A stretch of DNA of 64,000 bases from Pseudoflavonifractor sp. (GCA_034927965.1 JAYFPI010000055.1:5079-69078), one strand, 5' to 3'. Numbered from the stretch's first letter, positions 48,825 through 60,289 are shown. The notes: generated by a model from the sequence alone, not told the origin. Translations and numbers: made by a program.

Positions 48825-50252
48825 ATGACGGAGGACCACCGCTGCCGCCTCATTTTTGAGGAATTCCTGGACAAGACTGAGGATGGCTTTATTGTGGTAG
48901 ATAAGGATGGCATCATCACAGATATCAATCAAAACTACTGTGACTTTCTGGCCAAAGACAGGGAGAACGTTCTGGGCAAGCCCATCGGCTCGGTTATTAC
49001 CACCACGTCCATGTACGATGTGCTGGCCAAGCGCCACCGGGGGGACGGCAGCCAGGGGGTGTATATCCAACCATACTGCGCCGGGGAGACACGGGACACG
49101 GCAGAGGTCTATGCCGTAGCCAACCGATTTTGCGTCTTTGATGAGGACGGGCAGCTTATTGGGGCTGCCGCCCATATGAAGTTTCGCCAGCGGGCCATGG
49201 ACACGGCCAAGGAGATTGCCGAGCTGGAGCTGCGATATTATAAAGAGGCATACCAGAACAGCATATCCGGATTCGGGGGATTTCGGGGACTGATTGGGAA
49301 AGACCCTAAGCTTCTGGAACTCAAGCGGCTTGGGATCCAGGCTGCCAAGACTGATTTCCCTGTTCTCATCACAGGGGAGACAGGAACCGGTAAAGAGGTT
49401 CTTGCCAAAGCCATCCACCTGGAAAGCGAGCGCCGCAACGGGCCGTTTATTGCGATCAACTGTGGAGCCATTCCGGACAATTTGTTGGAGTCAGAGCTTT
49501 TTGGATATGAAGAAGGGGCCTTCACCGGGGCAAGGCGGGGGGGTAAGCCGGGCAAATTTCAACTTGCCAACGGCGGGACGCTTTTTCTTGATGAGATTGG
49601 CGACATGCCATTCCCCCTTCAGGTAAAGCTGCTGCGGGTTCTTCAGGATCCTCAGGTGGAGCGGGTAGGTGGGGAAGCACCCATCCATGTTGATGTGCGC
49701 ATTGTGGCCGCCACCCGTCAGGATCTGCAAAATATGATGCGGGCAGGGACCTTCCGGGAGGATCTTTACTATCGTCTGGCGGTCATCAACATTGAGACGA
49801 TTCCCCTCCGTGAGCGCCCCGGGGATATTCTTCTCCACGCCAACTGCTACCTCAGCGAACTTAACCGGAAATATAAGACCAGCATCATTCTCTCCGACCG
49901 GGTAAAAAAATGCCTGCATGCTTATTCCTGGCCGGGAAATGTGAGGGAACTGCAAAACGTTCTCGCGGGGGCGTATGCCTCTTGTGATAAAGTGATCATC
50001 GACCTTGAAAATCTGCCTGCCAAGGTGTCTTCCCCGTCCCACGGTTTCGGCGGGGGGACAGAGCTTCGGGAAGGCCGTCTGTCAGATGCGGTCTCTGCCT
50101 ATGAGGCCAAGGTGATCCTGGACGCCCTTCAGCGCAATGGGCAGAATGTACGGGCGGCGGCGGAGGAACTGGGGATCGAACGCAGTCTCCTCTATCGAAA
50201 AATGAAGCGGTTCAACATTGGAATCGAACGAATTCTCAAGCCAGGCAGCTGA
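48825..50252 (+). CDS. sigma54-dependent activator (PAS-AAA-Fis HTH)
   Basis: GETGTGKE, GAFTGA, LFLDEIG and WPGNVREL. Confidence 0.95.
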   Translation: MTEDHRCRLIFEEFLDKTEDGFIVVDKDGIITDINQNYCDFLAKDRENVLGKPIGSVITTTSMYDVLAKRHRGDGSQGVYIQPYCAGETRDTAEVYAVANRFCVFDEDGQLIGAAAHMKFRQRAMDTAKEIAELELRYYKEAYQNSISGFGGFRGLIGKDPKLLELKRLGIQAAKTDFPVLITGETGTGKEVLAKAIHLESERRNGPFIAINCGAIPDNLLESELFGYEEGAFTGARRGGKPGKFQLANGGTLFLDEIGDMPFPLQVKLLRVLQDPQVERVGGEAPIHVDVRIVAATRQDLQNMMRAGTFREDLYYRLAVINIETIPLRERPGDILLHANCYLSELNRKYKTSIILSDRVKKCLHAYSWPGNVRELQNVLAGAYASCDKVIIDLENLPAKVSSPSHGFGGGTELREGRLSDAVSAYEAKVILDALQRNGQNVRAAAEELGIERSLLYRKMKRFNIGIERILKPGS

Positions 50253-50339
50253 GTTGAAAAACAAAAACCTGTATCCACAGGCGGAATTTCCGCTTGTAGA
50301 TACAGGTTTTTCAGCTCGTTGGAAGGACGCGTCCATTCG

Positions 50340-51344
50340 TTACATACGCGCCTTTCGAATCTCTTCCGTAAGGGCTGGCAGGACCTTGAAAAGATCTCCC
50401 ACCACGCCGTAATCGGCAATATCGAAAATTGGGGCCAGAGGATTTTTGTTGATGGCTACGATATATTTCGACCCTCTCATTCCCGCCACATGCTGGTTTG
50501 CCCCGGAAATTCCGCAGGCAATATACAGCTTTGGGGACACTTTCTTTCCGGTCTGCCCAATCTGATGGGCATGGGAAATCCACCCTGCGTCCACGGCACC
50601 GCGAGATGCGCCAACCGCACCCCCGAGGACCTGCGCCAGCTCTCTTACCGGGGCAAATCCTTCCGGACCACCCAACCCCAGGCCGCCGGAGACGATAATG
50701 TCTGCCTCTCCCAGGTTTGCTTCCCCGGTGTCCGGATCGGCCAGCAGATCCAATATGCGGGTGCGAATGGTTTCTGGACTGACACGAATATCCGCCCGCA
50801 TGAGCGTTGCCCGATTCGGCATGGCAGGGGGACGGTGAAAAATGCCGGGGCGAATCGTTCCGATCTGAGGCCTTTGGCCGGGGCAGAGGATCGTTTCCAG
50901 CAGTTGCCCTCCGAAAATTGGGCGAGTCCATGCCACGCTGCCGGTTTCCTGGTCGAGTTCCATGGCGATACAGTCGGAAGCTAACCCTGTCCGCAGCCGG
51001 GCGCTCAGCCGCGGGGCAAGATCCCGGCTGTTTTCAGTGGCGCTCATCAGCAAAACACTCGGCCGGTATCTCCCTGCCAGGCGGGCTATGGCGTCAACAT
51101 AGGCGTCGGTGGTATACAGATGGAACTCAGGGGCGTCCACAATAATGACTTGATCTGTTCCGGCCATTTCGGCGGCCTTTGCCGCCGCACTTACCTCCCA
51201 GCCAATGACTCCCGCGGTCAATACGCCGCCCAGCCGATCCGCCAAGTTCCTGCCGGGGGTCAGTACCTCCAGTGAGGCCCTTTCGGCCGTACCATCGGCG
51301 CCGGTCTCTATCAGCACCCATACATCTTTGGACATGTCTTCCAC
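50340..51344 (-). CDS. etfA: Electron transfer flavoprotein alpha subunit
   Basis: QIGQTGK.V.P and GISGA.QH.AGM. Confidence 0.93.
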   Translation of the reverse strand: MEDMSKDVWVLIETGADGTAERASLEVLTPGRNLADRLGGVLTAGVIGWEVSAAAKAAEMAGTDQVIIVDAPEFHLYTTDAYVDAIARLAGRYRPSVLLMSATENSRDLAPRLSARLRTGLASDCIAMELDQETGSVAWTRPIFGGQLLETILCPGQRPQIGTIRPGIFHRPPAMPNRATLMRADIRVSPETIRTRILDLLADPDTGEANLGEADIIVSGGLGLGGPEGFAPVRELAQVLGGAVGASRGAVDAGWISHAHQIGQTGKKVSPKLYIACGISGANQHVAGMRGSKYIVAINKNPLAPIFDIADYGVVGDLFKVLPALTEEIRKARM

Positions 51345-51359
51345 TGAATTTTCCCCCTC

Positions 51360-52163
51360 TCAGAGAATTGCGGCATCGTTTAAAAGCTGATAGAGTTTTC
51401 TGGCCGAATCCTCTTCTGACTTTTCCTCAATCCTGATTCGGCCGGGTTTTCCGGGTGCAGAGACGATTTTTTTCACATAGGAGGGGGACCCTAACCATCC
51501 GACCTTGGTGAGATCCAGCCCGGAGAGGGAATCTGCCCGGAGAACAGGGATTTCTGCCCCGTTTGACTCCATCATGCGCAGAATGTCCGGGTAACGGCAT
51601 TCCCACGCGGACTTTGTAACGGTTACCACACAGGGAGTGGGGACCGCGACGATTTGAACGCCGCCCTCCGTCTCTTTTCGTACGGTCAGAGAGGGGCCAT
51701 CCGCTTCGATTTCCAGTCCGCAGGTAACCTGGGGATAATCAAGCCACTCGGCCAGTTGGGGGCCGATGTGCCCTTCGTCACTGTCGGCGGCCTGCTTGCC
51801 GCATAAAATAATGTCGAAGCGGCCCTCTGTAACCTCAAGGGTTTTGACAGCAGCACTCAACGCATGACTGACGGCCAGACTGTCAGAGCCGTCAAAGAGT
51901 TTGTCACAAAGCAGGTAGGCCGTATCCGCAGCCAAAGCCAGGCATTCCTTCAATACCTGCTCAGCTCCTTCCGGCCCCATGGATAATGCTGTAATCCTGG
52001 TCTCCGGATCCCGGTCCTTCAGTCGGGCGGCTGCCTCCAGGGCATATTTGTCTAAGGGATTCATGGAAAAAGAGAGGCTGTCTTCCGGCAGCACGTCTGC
52101 CTCGCCGCAGTGCGCGAAACGCATGGTGTCAGGCACTTGCTTGACACAGAGCAGCACGTTCAT
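51360..52163 (-). CDS. etfB: Electron transfer flavoprotein beta subunit
   Basis: CVKQVPD, NPLD..ALE, SMGP and CGKQA.D.D.G. Confidence 0.92.
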   Translation of the reverse strand: MNVLLCVKQVPDTMRFAHCGEADVLPEDSLSFSMNPLDKYALEAAARLKDRDPETRITALSMGPEGAEQVLKECLALAADTAYLLCDKLFDGSDSLAVSHALSAAVKTLEVTEGRFDIILCGKQAADSDEGHIGPQLAEWLDYPQVTCGLEIEADGPSLTVRKETEGGVQIVAVPTPCVVTVTKSAWECRYPDILRMMESNGAEIPVLRADSLSGLDLTKVGWLGSPSYVKKIVSAPGKPGRIRIEEKSEEDSARKLYQLLNDAAIL

Positions 52164-52309
52164 AGTTCTCTTCACTCCTATCATAATACGTGGTCCCATT
52201 ATAGTATGGCCAGTTTACTTTGTCAACAAATTATACTGATACAGAATTAAACTGTAAAAAGAGAGGCACCGCTGCAGCGGCGCCTCTCTTTTTACAGGGC
52301 TGATCAATC

Positions 52310-53368
<1,059 letters not shown>

Positions 53369-53461
53369 CTAAAATTATATCCCAAGCAGACGGAATATGA
53401 AAGGGAAAAAATGCTGATTTTAAGGAAAATTTTCCGGAATTTGTCCAACAAATTTTGCGCT

Positions 53462-53524
53462 TTCGACAACGGTGGCTGATTTTCGACAATTCCTCTTGTT
53501 GGCGCAACCAGATTTTGCTATACT
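53462..53524 (+). promoter_or_regulatory. Two Spo0A boxes plus sigmaA-like promoter
   Basis: TTCGACA (= TGTCGAA reversed) at 53462-53468 and 53482-53488; TTGTTG-N17-TATACT with TG extension. Confidence 0.6.
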
Positions 53525-53572
53525 AATCAGAAGAAAATTGCGCAGGATAATAAAACTAATTTGGAGGTGTCC

Positions 53573-54343
53573 ATGGAATCACAGACGGGAGAAAAACTGG
53601 TTCAGGAACTGCGGGGACAGGTGAGCAATCTGCTGGCTGCGGCGCAGTTACTCACGCCGCTGGTACGGGAGCATGGGCGGAAAAAAGATGTGGAATATCT
53701 GGCAGTGATGAACCAGAATCTATACCGCCTGTTGCGCACTATTGCTCATTTGGAGCTCAGCCTGGAAAATCCACCCCTATGCCGGAAAGAGAAGATGGAT
53801 CTGGCGGGATTGTGTCGGGATTTGGCCCGCCAGGTAGAGCCGCTGGCCGAGCGGATGGGGGTGTCGTTCCAGTGCGAGCTGGAGAGCGAAAGCCTTTTGA
53901 TCGATGCGGACGGAACACTGCTGGAGCAGGCTATTTTGAATTTAGTCGCAAACGGCTTGGAGGCTGCGGGAGCGGGCGGACATGTCGTACTGCGTCTGAG
54001 CCGGAAAGGGGCCAGAGCGCTTTTGAGTGTGGGGGATGACGGCTGCGGGCTGAGGACGGAGAATCACTCTGAAGATCCCATGCTGAAGCAGCCGGGCGGG
54101 CTTGGGCTTGGGTTGACAGCAGCCCGGCACATCGCGGCCCTCCACGATGGCACTCTGGTTTTGGAGAATCGGGAGGAAAACGGCGTGCGCGCGGTGTTTT
54201 CTCTGCCGGTCAGCCCGGATGGGGGCGGGTTGGTCAAATCCCCTCAGATGGGCTACGACCGCTTGGGCGGGTTTTCCGCTACCTTGGTGGAGTTGTCTCA
54301 GGTCCTGCCACGGGAGATATTTCTGCCTGACGATTTGGAATGA
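53573..54343 (+). CDS. Histidine-kinase-like protein (HATPase domain, degenerate H-box)
   Basis: NLVANG, DDGCG and GLGLGL boxes; H-box reads QELRGQ; no sensor or TM domain. Confidence 0.85.
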   Translation: MESQTGEKLVQELRGQVSNLLAAAQLLTPLVREHGRKKDVEYLAVMNQNLYRLLRTIAHLELSLENPPLCRKEKMDLAGLCRDLARQVEPLAERMGVSFQCELESESLLIDADGTLLEQAILNLVANGLEAAGAGGHVVLRLSRKGARALLSVGDDGCGLRTENHSEDPMLKQPGGLGLGLTAARHIAALHDGTLVLENREENGVRAVFSLPVSPDGGGLVKSPQMGYDRLGGFSATLVELSQVLPREIFLPDDLE

Positions 54344-54506
54344 TTCAGAGGACGGAAGATGAGGTCTTGCCCAATTGGGCGGGGCCTCTCTTTTTGCCTG
54401 TGGGCCGGCTTGTTCTGCCCTTGACGCTGGAAGCGGTTCGTGGGATAATAATAAAATACCCAAATTCCTGCTGTGAGATTCGCAGGAAGGGGAGGGAGGA
54501 AGTTCT

Positions 54507-55676
54507 TTGACCGAATTTCTGCTGCGCAAATGTGTAAAAGATTATCAAGATGTGAAGAATCCGGCTGTGCGGGAGCGATATGGCACCCTGTCCGGCGCTG
54601 TGGGTATTTTTCTGAATCTGATGATCTCTCTGGGAAAGTTTGCCGCGGGGGTCATTACCTCTTCTGTGGCTGTTACGGCCGATGCTTTTAATAACCTCTC
54701 TGATGCAGCCTCTTCCCTGGTGACGCTGGTAGGGTTCCGCCTGGCGGGGCAGAAGGCCGATGACGACCATCCGTTCGGACACGGGCGGATTGAATATCTG
54801 GCAGGGCTGGCGGTGTCTGTAGCCATCTTGCTGGTTGGGCTGGAACTGGCCAAGAGCGCCGTGGGGAAGATCCTCCATCCGGAGACCGTGTTGTTTTCCC
54901 CGCTCTCGGCGGGGATCTTGTCGGCCTCTATTTTGGTGAAGCTGTGGATGTACTTCTTCAACCGGGATTTAAGCAGACGGATTGAATCGGCCGCCATGGC
55001 GGCCACCGCAGCCGATTCGCTCTCTGACTGTGTGGCTACCGGCGCGGTACTGCTGGGGCTGGTGGTGGGGCACTTTGCGAAAGTCTCCATTGACGGCTGG
55101 GTGGGCGTGCTGGTGGCGGCCTTTGTCTTTAAAACAGGTTGGGGAGCCGCCAAAGACACGATCAGCCCCCTGCTGGGGCAGGCTCCCGATCCGGCGCTGG
55201 TGGCGGGGATTCGGGAGACGGTCCTAATTCACCCGGAGGTGAGCGGAGTTCACGATCTGATCGTCCATGATTATGGGCCGGGACACGTCATGGCCTCGCT
55301 TCATGCGGAGGTCTCCGTTGACGCGGACATGGCCACCACCCATGATGTCATTGATAACATTGAACGGGAGCTGGGAAGCAAGTACCATATTATGGCCACC
55401 ATACATATGGACCCCATTGCTACCGACGACAGCCTGGTCAACGCCAGAAAGGCCGAAATGCTGGAGTTGGCACGGCAAATCGACCCAACCATCACCCTTC
55501 ACGATTTTCGGATGACAGAGGGTCCCACCCATACTAACCTGATTTTTGATCTGGTGGTCCCCCGGAAGTGCCCTCTGTCCGACGGAGAGGTTCGGCAGGA
55601 GATGGCCCGGCGGGCCTTGGAGCGGAATGCGCGATATCTCACGGTGATCCAGATTGACCACTCGTATACGGAGTAA
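54507..55676 (+). CDS. Cation diffusion facilitator transporter
   Basis: ADAFNNLSD, HPFGHGRIEY and HDL.VHDYGP. Confidence 0.93.
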   Translation: MTEFLLRKCVKDYQDVKNPAVRERYGTLSGAVGIFLNLMISLGKFAAGVITSSVAVTADAFNNLSDAASSLVTLVGFRLAGQKADDDHPFGHGRIEYLAGLAVSVAILLVGLELAKSAVGKILHPETVLFSPLSAGILSASILVKLWMYFFNRDLSRRIESAAMAATAADSLSDCVATGAVLLGLVVGHFAKVSIDGWVGVLVAAFVFKTGWGAAKDTISPLLGQAPDPALVAGIRETVLIHPEVSGVHDLIVHDYGPGHVMASLHAEVSVDADMATTHDVIDNIERELGSKYHIMATIHMDPIATDDSLVNARKAEMLELARQIDPTITLHDFRMTEGPTHTNLIFDLVVPRKCPLSDGEVRQEMARRALERNARYLTVIQIDHSYTE

Positions 55677-55760
55677 AATTGAAAATTTACAGTTCATTCA
55701 TCGAAAATAGTTGCGTTTCGATATAATGAAAACGCAAATTTTAAAAAGGGGGAACCTGAC

Positions 55761-56453
55761 GTGGCGCAGAAGATCCTGATTGTAGAGGACGAAGTGAACA
55801 TTGCCGAGCTGCTCCATCTGTATCTGGAGAAGGAGGGCTTTGAAACTCAGATTGCGCCGGACGGAGGAAAAGCGGTGGAACTGTTTCGCTCCTTCGCTCC
55901 CGATCTGATATTGCTGGATATCATGCTGCCTGTGATGGATGGTTGGTCCGTGCTCAAAAAGATACGCGCCGAGAGCAAGACCCCGGTAATCATGCTCACC
56001 GCCAAGGGCGAGACCGGCGACAAGGTCACCGGGTTGGAACAGGGAGCGGACGATTATATTGTCAAGCCCTTTGAGACCAAAGAGGTACTGGCCCGCATCC
56101 ATGCCGTGCTCCGCCGGACTGTCGGAGAAAGCGAGAGCGGAGGGGAGAAAAAACTGGCGTTTGACAAGCTGGTCATCAACCTGGATGCCTATGAGCTTTT
56201 GGTGGACAGAAAGCGGGTGGACACGCCGCCCAAAGAGCTGGAGCTTCTTTATCATCTGGCTTCCGCACCCAACCGGGTATTTACCCGCAATCAGCTGCTG
56301 GATGAGGTCTGGGGTTTTGATTACTTCGGAGACTCCCGTACTGTGGACGTACACATCAAGCGCCTGAGAGAGAAGCTGGAGGGAGTCAGCGACCAGTGGA
56401 GTTTGAAGACGGTGTGGGGCGTGGGCTATAAATTTGAGGTCGGCGCACCGTGA
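55761..56453 (+). CDS. OmpR-family response regulator
   Basis: LLDIMLP, GADDYIVKPF and RTVDVHIKRLR. Confidence 0.96.
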   Translation: MAQKILIVEDEVNIAELLHLYLEKEGFETQIAPDGGKAVELFRSFAPDLILLDIMLPVMDGWSVLKKIRAESKTPVIMLTAKGETGDKVTGLEQGADDYIVKPFETKEVLARIHAVLRRTVGESESGGEKKLAFDKLVINLDAYELLVDRKRVDTPPKELELLYHLASAPNRVFTRNQLLDEVWGFDYFGDSRTVDVHIKRLREKLEGVSDQWSLKTVWGVGYKFEVGAP

Positions 56454-57898
56454 GAAGCATCTACAAACGGCAGTTCGGCATGATGGCAGGAGTTCTTCTA
56501 CTGGCCTTTACGCTTCTGGGAGGCGCCTTTGCAGCTCTGAGCTATCAATACACAATCCAGGATAAGAAGGAATCCATGGAGCGAAATGCCAGCTATGTGG
56601 CCTCCTTTACTGGTAGCTATCTGGCCAGCGGCATTGGCTCCAGCATTCAGGAGCCGGCCTATCAGCTCTATGTGGCCTCCCTGGCCAACATCTCCGGCTC
56701 CACGGTGATTTTAGCCGAGAACAGCGGTGAGATCGTCTACGCTGCCTCCGGCTCCGGAGTTGGTACCAACAGCCTGCTCAGCGGCACGGTACCAGAGGAT
56801 CTGATGAGCCATATTGCCAGTGACGGGAGCTATGCCGGAATTACCGGACTGGGCGGTTTGTTGTCCGATAAGTGCTATGTGGCGGCGAGGCCGATTCTCC
56901 AAAATTCCTATATCAGCGGCCAAACCTACCAGCGGGGCGTGGTTCTGGTGGCCAGTGACACCTCCAGTCTCATCCGTATGTGGCGGGATTTTGCCTCCAT
57001 CTTTCTGCTGTCTGCCGGAGTGGCGTTCCTGCTGTCTGCTCTGGCCAGCTGTGTAACCTCTCTGCGGCAGACCAAGCCCCTGAAGGACATGGCGGAGGCG
57101 GCCCGGAAATTCGGCAAGGGGGAGTTTGATGCCCGGGTGGAGGGCTGTGAAAACCGGAAGGACGAAATGGGGGAGTTGGCCGAGGCATTCAATGCCATGG
57201 CCGAATCTCTGGCGGAAGATGAGGCCCAGCGAAGTGAGTTTATTGCTAACGTCTCCCATGAGCTGAAAACTCCCATGACCACCATTGCGGGCTTTGCCGA
57301 CGGGATCCTGGATGGGACCATTCCCCGAGAGAAGGAGGCCGAAGCCCTCAAGACAATCTCTTCGGAAACACGGCGGCTGTCCCGTTTGGTGCGTCGGATG
57401 CTGGATCTGTCTCGGCTTCAGTCCAGTGAGAATGTTACAGCCCAGGAGCGCTTTGACGTCTCTGAGGTGCTGATTCGGGTGCTGGTGAGTCTGGAGGGGA
57501 AGATCAATGGCCGGGGTCTGGATGTGGAGACCCAACTGCCCGACGGGCCGGTGATGGTGTGGGGAGATCCGGATGCCATCACCCAGGTGTGTTACAACCT
57601 GCTGGACAACGCCATCAAGTTTGCCCTGCCCGGGACCGACTTGGGCTTGGGTATCCAGGTGAAGGGGGAGAAGGCATATGTCTCGGTGCGGGACCACGGG
57701 GATACCATCCCGCCAGAAGAGCTTGGCAAGGTGTTCGACCGCTTCCACAAGACCGACCACTCACGCAGTGAGGATCGGGAGGGCGTTGGCCTGGGACTCT
57801 ATATTGTCAAGACTATTATGAATAACCACAAGGAAGATATCACGGCAACCAGTGAAAATGGGGTGACGGAGTTTACGTTTACCCTGACCATTGCCTGA
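56450..57898 (+). CDS. Sensor histidine kinase (HAMP-HisKA-HATPase)
   Basis: Two TM segments; SHELKTP, NLLDNA and GLGL. Confidence 0.95.
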   Translation: MRSIYKRQFGMMAGVLLLAFTLLGGAFAALSYQYTIQDKKESMERNASYVASFTGSYLASGIGSSIQEPAYQLYVASLANISGSTVILAENSGEIVYAASGSGVGTNSLLSGTVPEDLMSHIASDGSYAGITGLGGLLSDKCYVAARPILQNSYISGQTYQRGVVLVASDTSSLIRMWRDFASIFLLSAGVAFLLSALASCVTSLRQTKPLKDMAEAARKFGKGEFDARVEGCENRKDEMGELAEAFNAMAESLAEDEAQRSEFIANVSHELKTPMTTIAGFADGILDGTIPREKEAEALKTISSETRRLSRLVRRMLDLSRLQSSENVTAQERFDVSEVLIRVLVSLEGKINGRGLDVETQLPDGPVMVWGDPDAITQVCYNLLDNAIKFALPGTDLGLGIQVKGEKAYVSVRDHGDTIPPEELGKVFDRFHKTDHSRSEDREGVGLGLYIVKTIMNNHKEDITATSENGVTEFTFTLTIA

Positions 57899-57926
57899 AC
57901 CGTAAAATCGCAAGGAGGTGTGCCCC

Positions 57927-59231
57927 ATGCGCCGCAGTTATTATGACCCCGTGGGCTGGACCCACGGCGACCGGGTGATCCCGGGAACAACCTGGAGTGT
58001 GGGGGATCCCGCGGTTCCCTTTGGGAACAGGAAGTCCGACGGGGGGGCGCCGAATGAGGATCCGCCTTCTCCGAAGAAGAGACCGCGCCACACCCCTCCC
58101 AGAGCTAAGGCCGTTTTTGCTCTTTTTCTGGTGGCAATTTTTGCACTAACGGCAGCAGGGGCGCTGTGGAACGCCCATAATTCAGGGGCGGAGCAGGGAC
58201 TTCCGCAGTGGGCGGAACCCGATCCTTGGGGCGGCTGGGAGAAACAGGAGGAGTTTTCCCAGGAGACCTTGGTGGAGCGCTATGCCGCTGGTGACGGGAC
58301 TGTGCTGGCGCTGGAGCCGGCAGAAGGGGAGGTAATGACGGCGCAGGCCATCTATGCCAAGGTGAGCCCCGCTGTGGTCAGCGTTCGGACGACGCTGCGG
58401 AACGGTCAGTCGCTGGGCACGGGCGTCATCTTGTCCGCCGACGGCTACCTTATTACCAATGCCCACGTGATCGAGGGCGGGCTGCGGGTGGATGTGACCC
58501 TCTCCGACAATTCTATCCAGCAGGCGCTGTTGGTGGGGTACGACAGCCAGACGGATCTGGCGGTTCTCAAGATCGACGGGAGAGGCCTTCCCACTGCACG
58601 GTTTGGAGACTCTACCGCCCTTCAGGTGGGGGATGGGGTCTACGCCATCGGAAACCCTCTGGGTGAGGAGCTGCGGGGTACCATGACGGAAGGCATTGTC
58701 TCCGCCATCGACCGCACGGTGACGGTGGGCGGATGGGATATGACCCTGGTCCAGACTACCGCCGCCCTCAATTCCGGCAATTCCGGCGGCGCACTCATCA
58801 ACCAGTACGGCCAGGTCGTTGGGATCACCAACATGAAGATGATGTCGGACTACGATACCATTGAGGGCCTGGGCTTTGCCATCCCAACCGCCTCCGCGAA
58901 AATGGTGGTGGATCAGCTCATTGCCCAGGGCTATATCTCGGGACGCCCGGTGCTGGGCGTGACCGTGACCACACAGGCTGGCGGTGGGAAGACCCGTGCC
59001 GGCGCCCGGATTGTCTCTGTGACGGCGGGAAGTGATGCGGAAGCCAAGGGCCTCCGGGTGGGGGACGTTATTTTTTCTGCTCAGGGGGAGCCGGTGGATA
59101 CCACGGAGGATCTGCGGGAAATCATCTCCCGGTATGAGGCCGGGGACTCGATTACTTTGGAATACCAACGGAATGGGGAAACGGCGACGGTTTCCGTATG
59201 CCTGATGGAGCAGGCACTGCTGGGCCGGTGA
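57927..59231 (+). CDS. htrA: HtrA-family serine protease with PDZ domain
   Basis: TNAHV, DLAV and GNSGG; PDZ; N-terminal TM. Confidence 0.9.
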   Translation: MRRSYYDPVGWTHGDRVIPGTTWSVGDPAVPFGNRKSDGGAPNEDPPSPKKRPRHTPPRAKAVFALFLVAIFALTAAGALWNAHNSGAEQGLPQWAEPDPWGGWEKQEEFSQETLVERYAAGDGTVLALEPAEGEVMTAQAIYAKVSPAVVSVRTTLRNGQSLGTGVILSADGYLITNAHVIEGGLRVDVTLSDNSIQQALLVGYDSQTDLAVLKIDGRGLPTARFGDSTALQVGDGVYAIGNPLGEELRGTMTEGIVSAIDRTVTVGGWDMTLVQTTAALNSGNSGGALINQYGQVVGITNMKMMSDYDTIEGLGFAIPTASAKMVVDQLIAQGYISGRPVLGVTVTTQAGGGKTRAGARIVSVTAGSDAEAKGLRVGDVIFSAQGEPVDTTEDLREIISRYEAGDSITLEYQRNGETATVSVCLMEQALLGR

Positions 59232-59446
59232 GCAGTTCGTGTGAAGGGAAACCTTGTCCAAACGCACAAAAAAGGAGCGCCCCTTTTGAAAAAGGGACGC
59301 CCAAAGCGTGGCACGGGGAGAATGGAATGATCACGGATGCAGTTAGACCAAACGCTTATCCGCGACATAATTTATACCATATTTGCAAAATAATGTCAAA
59401 CTCTGTTTTTGTCAAAACCGGTCGAAAGATGTAAGGAGGGGACAAG

Positions 59447-60289
59447 ATGCGTGAAATTTCCTGCGCGGAGGTGACCCGGGCGGTCCGTCAGCTGTGCATC
59501 GAGGCCAACACTCAGCTGCCCGGAGATCTGTGTGAGGCGTTGGAGCGAGCCGCGATGACGGAGGAATCTCCGGTGGGGCGGGGGATCTTGGGAGACATTG
59601 TGGAAAACTTCCACTTTGCCGGGACCCGAGATCTTCCCATCTGTCAAGACACGGGAATGGCGGTGATCTTTGCCGAACTGGGGCAGGAAGTCCACATGAC
59701 TGGCGGGGCTTTTGAAGATGCTGTCAACGAGGGGGTGGCCCGGGGCTATGTGGAGGGGCATCTCCGCTGCTCGGTGGTAGCCGACCCGCTGCGCCGGGTC
59801 AACACAGAGAACAACACCCCGGCGATTCTTCACCTGCGACTGGTGCCTGGAGACAGACTGCGTATCATTGTTGCACCCAAGGGCTTTGGCAGTGAAAACA
59901 TGACTGCGCTGCACATGTTTAAGCCTTCGGCATCCCGAGAGGACATCCTGGACTTCATTACATCTTCGGTGGATAACGCCGGGTCCAATCCCTGCCCGCC
60001 CATCGTAGTTGGTGTGGGCCTGGGGGGAACGGCAGAGTGGGCAGCGGAGCAGGCCAAGCGAGCGCTCCTCCGCCCGGTAGGGCAGTTCAGCCCCGATCCC
60101 TTCTACCAAGACATGGAGCAGGAGGCTCTGGCGAGGATCAACGCACTGGGGATCGGTCCTCAGGGATTGGGGGGTTCCACCACTGCTTTGTCGGTGGCCA
60201 TTCTTGCGGGGCCGACTCATATCGCCGGATTGCCATGCGCTGTCAGCTTGGGCTGTCATGTGACCCGACATGCGGAAATTTTTTTATAA
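59447..60289 (+). CDS. Fe-S hydro-lyase alpha subunit (fumarate/tartrate type)
   Basis: PICQDTG, PKGFGSEN, NPCPP and CH..RH. Confidence 0.92.
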   Translation: MREISCAEVTRAVRQLCIEANTQLPGDLCEALERAAMTEESPVGRGILGDIVENFHFAGTRDLPICQDTGMAVIFAELGQEVHMTGGAFEDAVNEGVARGYVEGHLRCSVVADPLRRVNTENNTPAILHLRLVPGDRLRIIVAPKGFGSENMTALHMFKPSASREDILDFITSSVDNAGSNPCPPIVVGVGLGGTAEWAAEQAKRALLRPVGQFSPDPFYQDMEQEALARINALGIGPQGLGGSTTALSVAILAGPTHIAGLPCAVSLGCHVTRHAEIFL

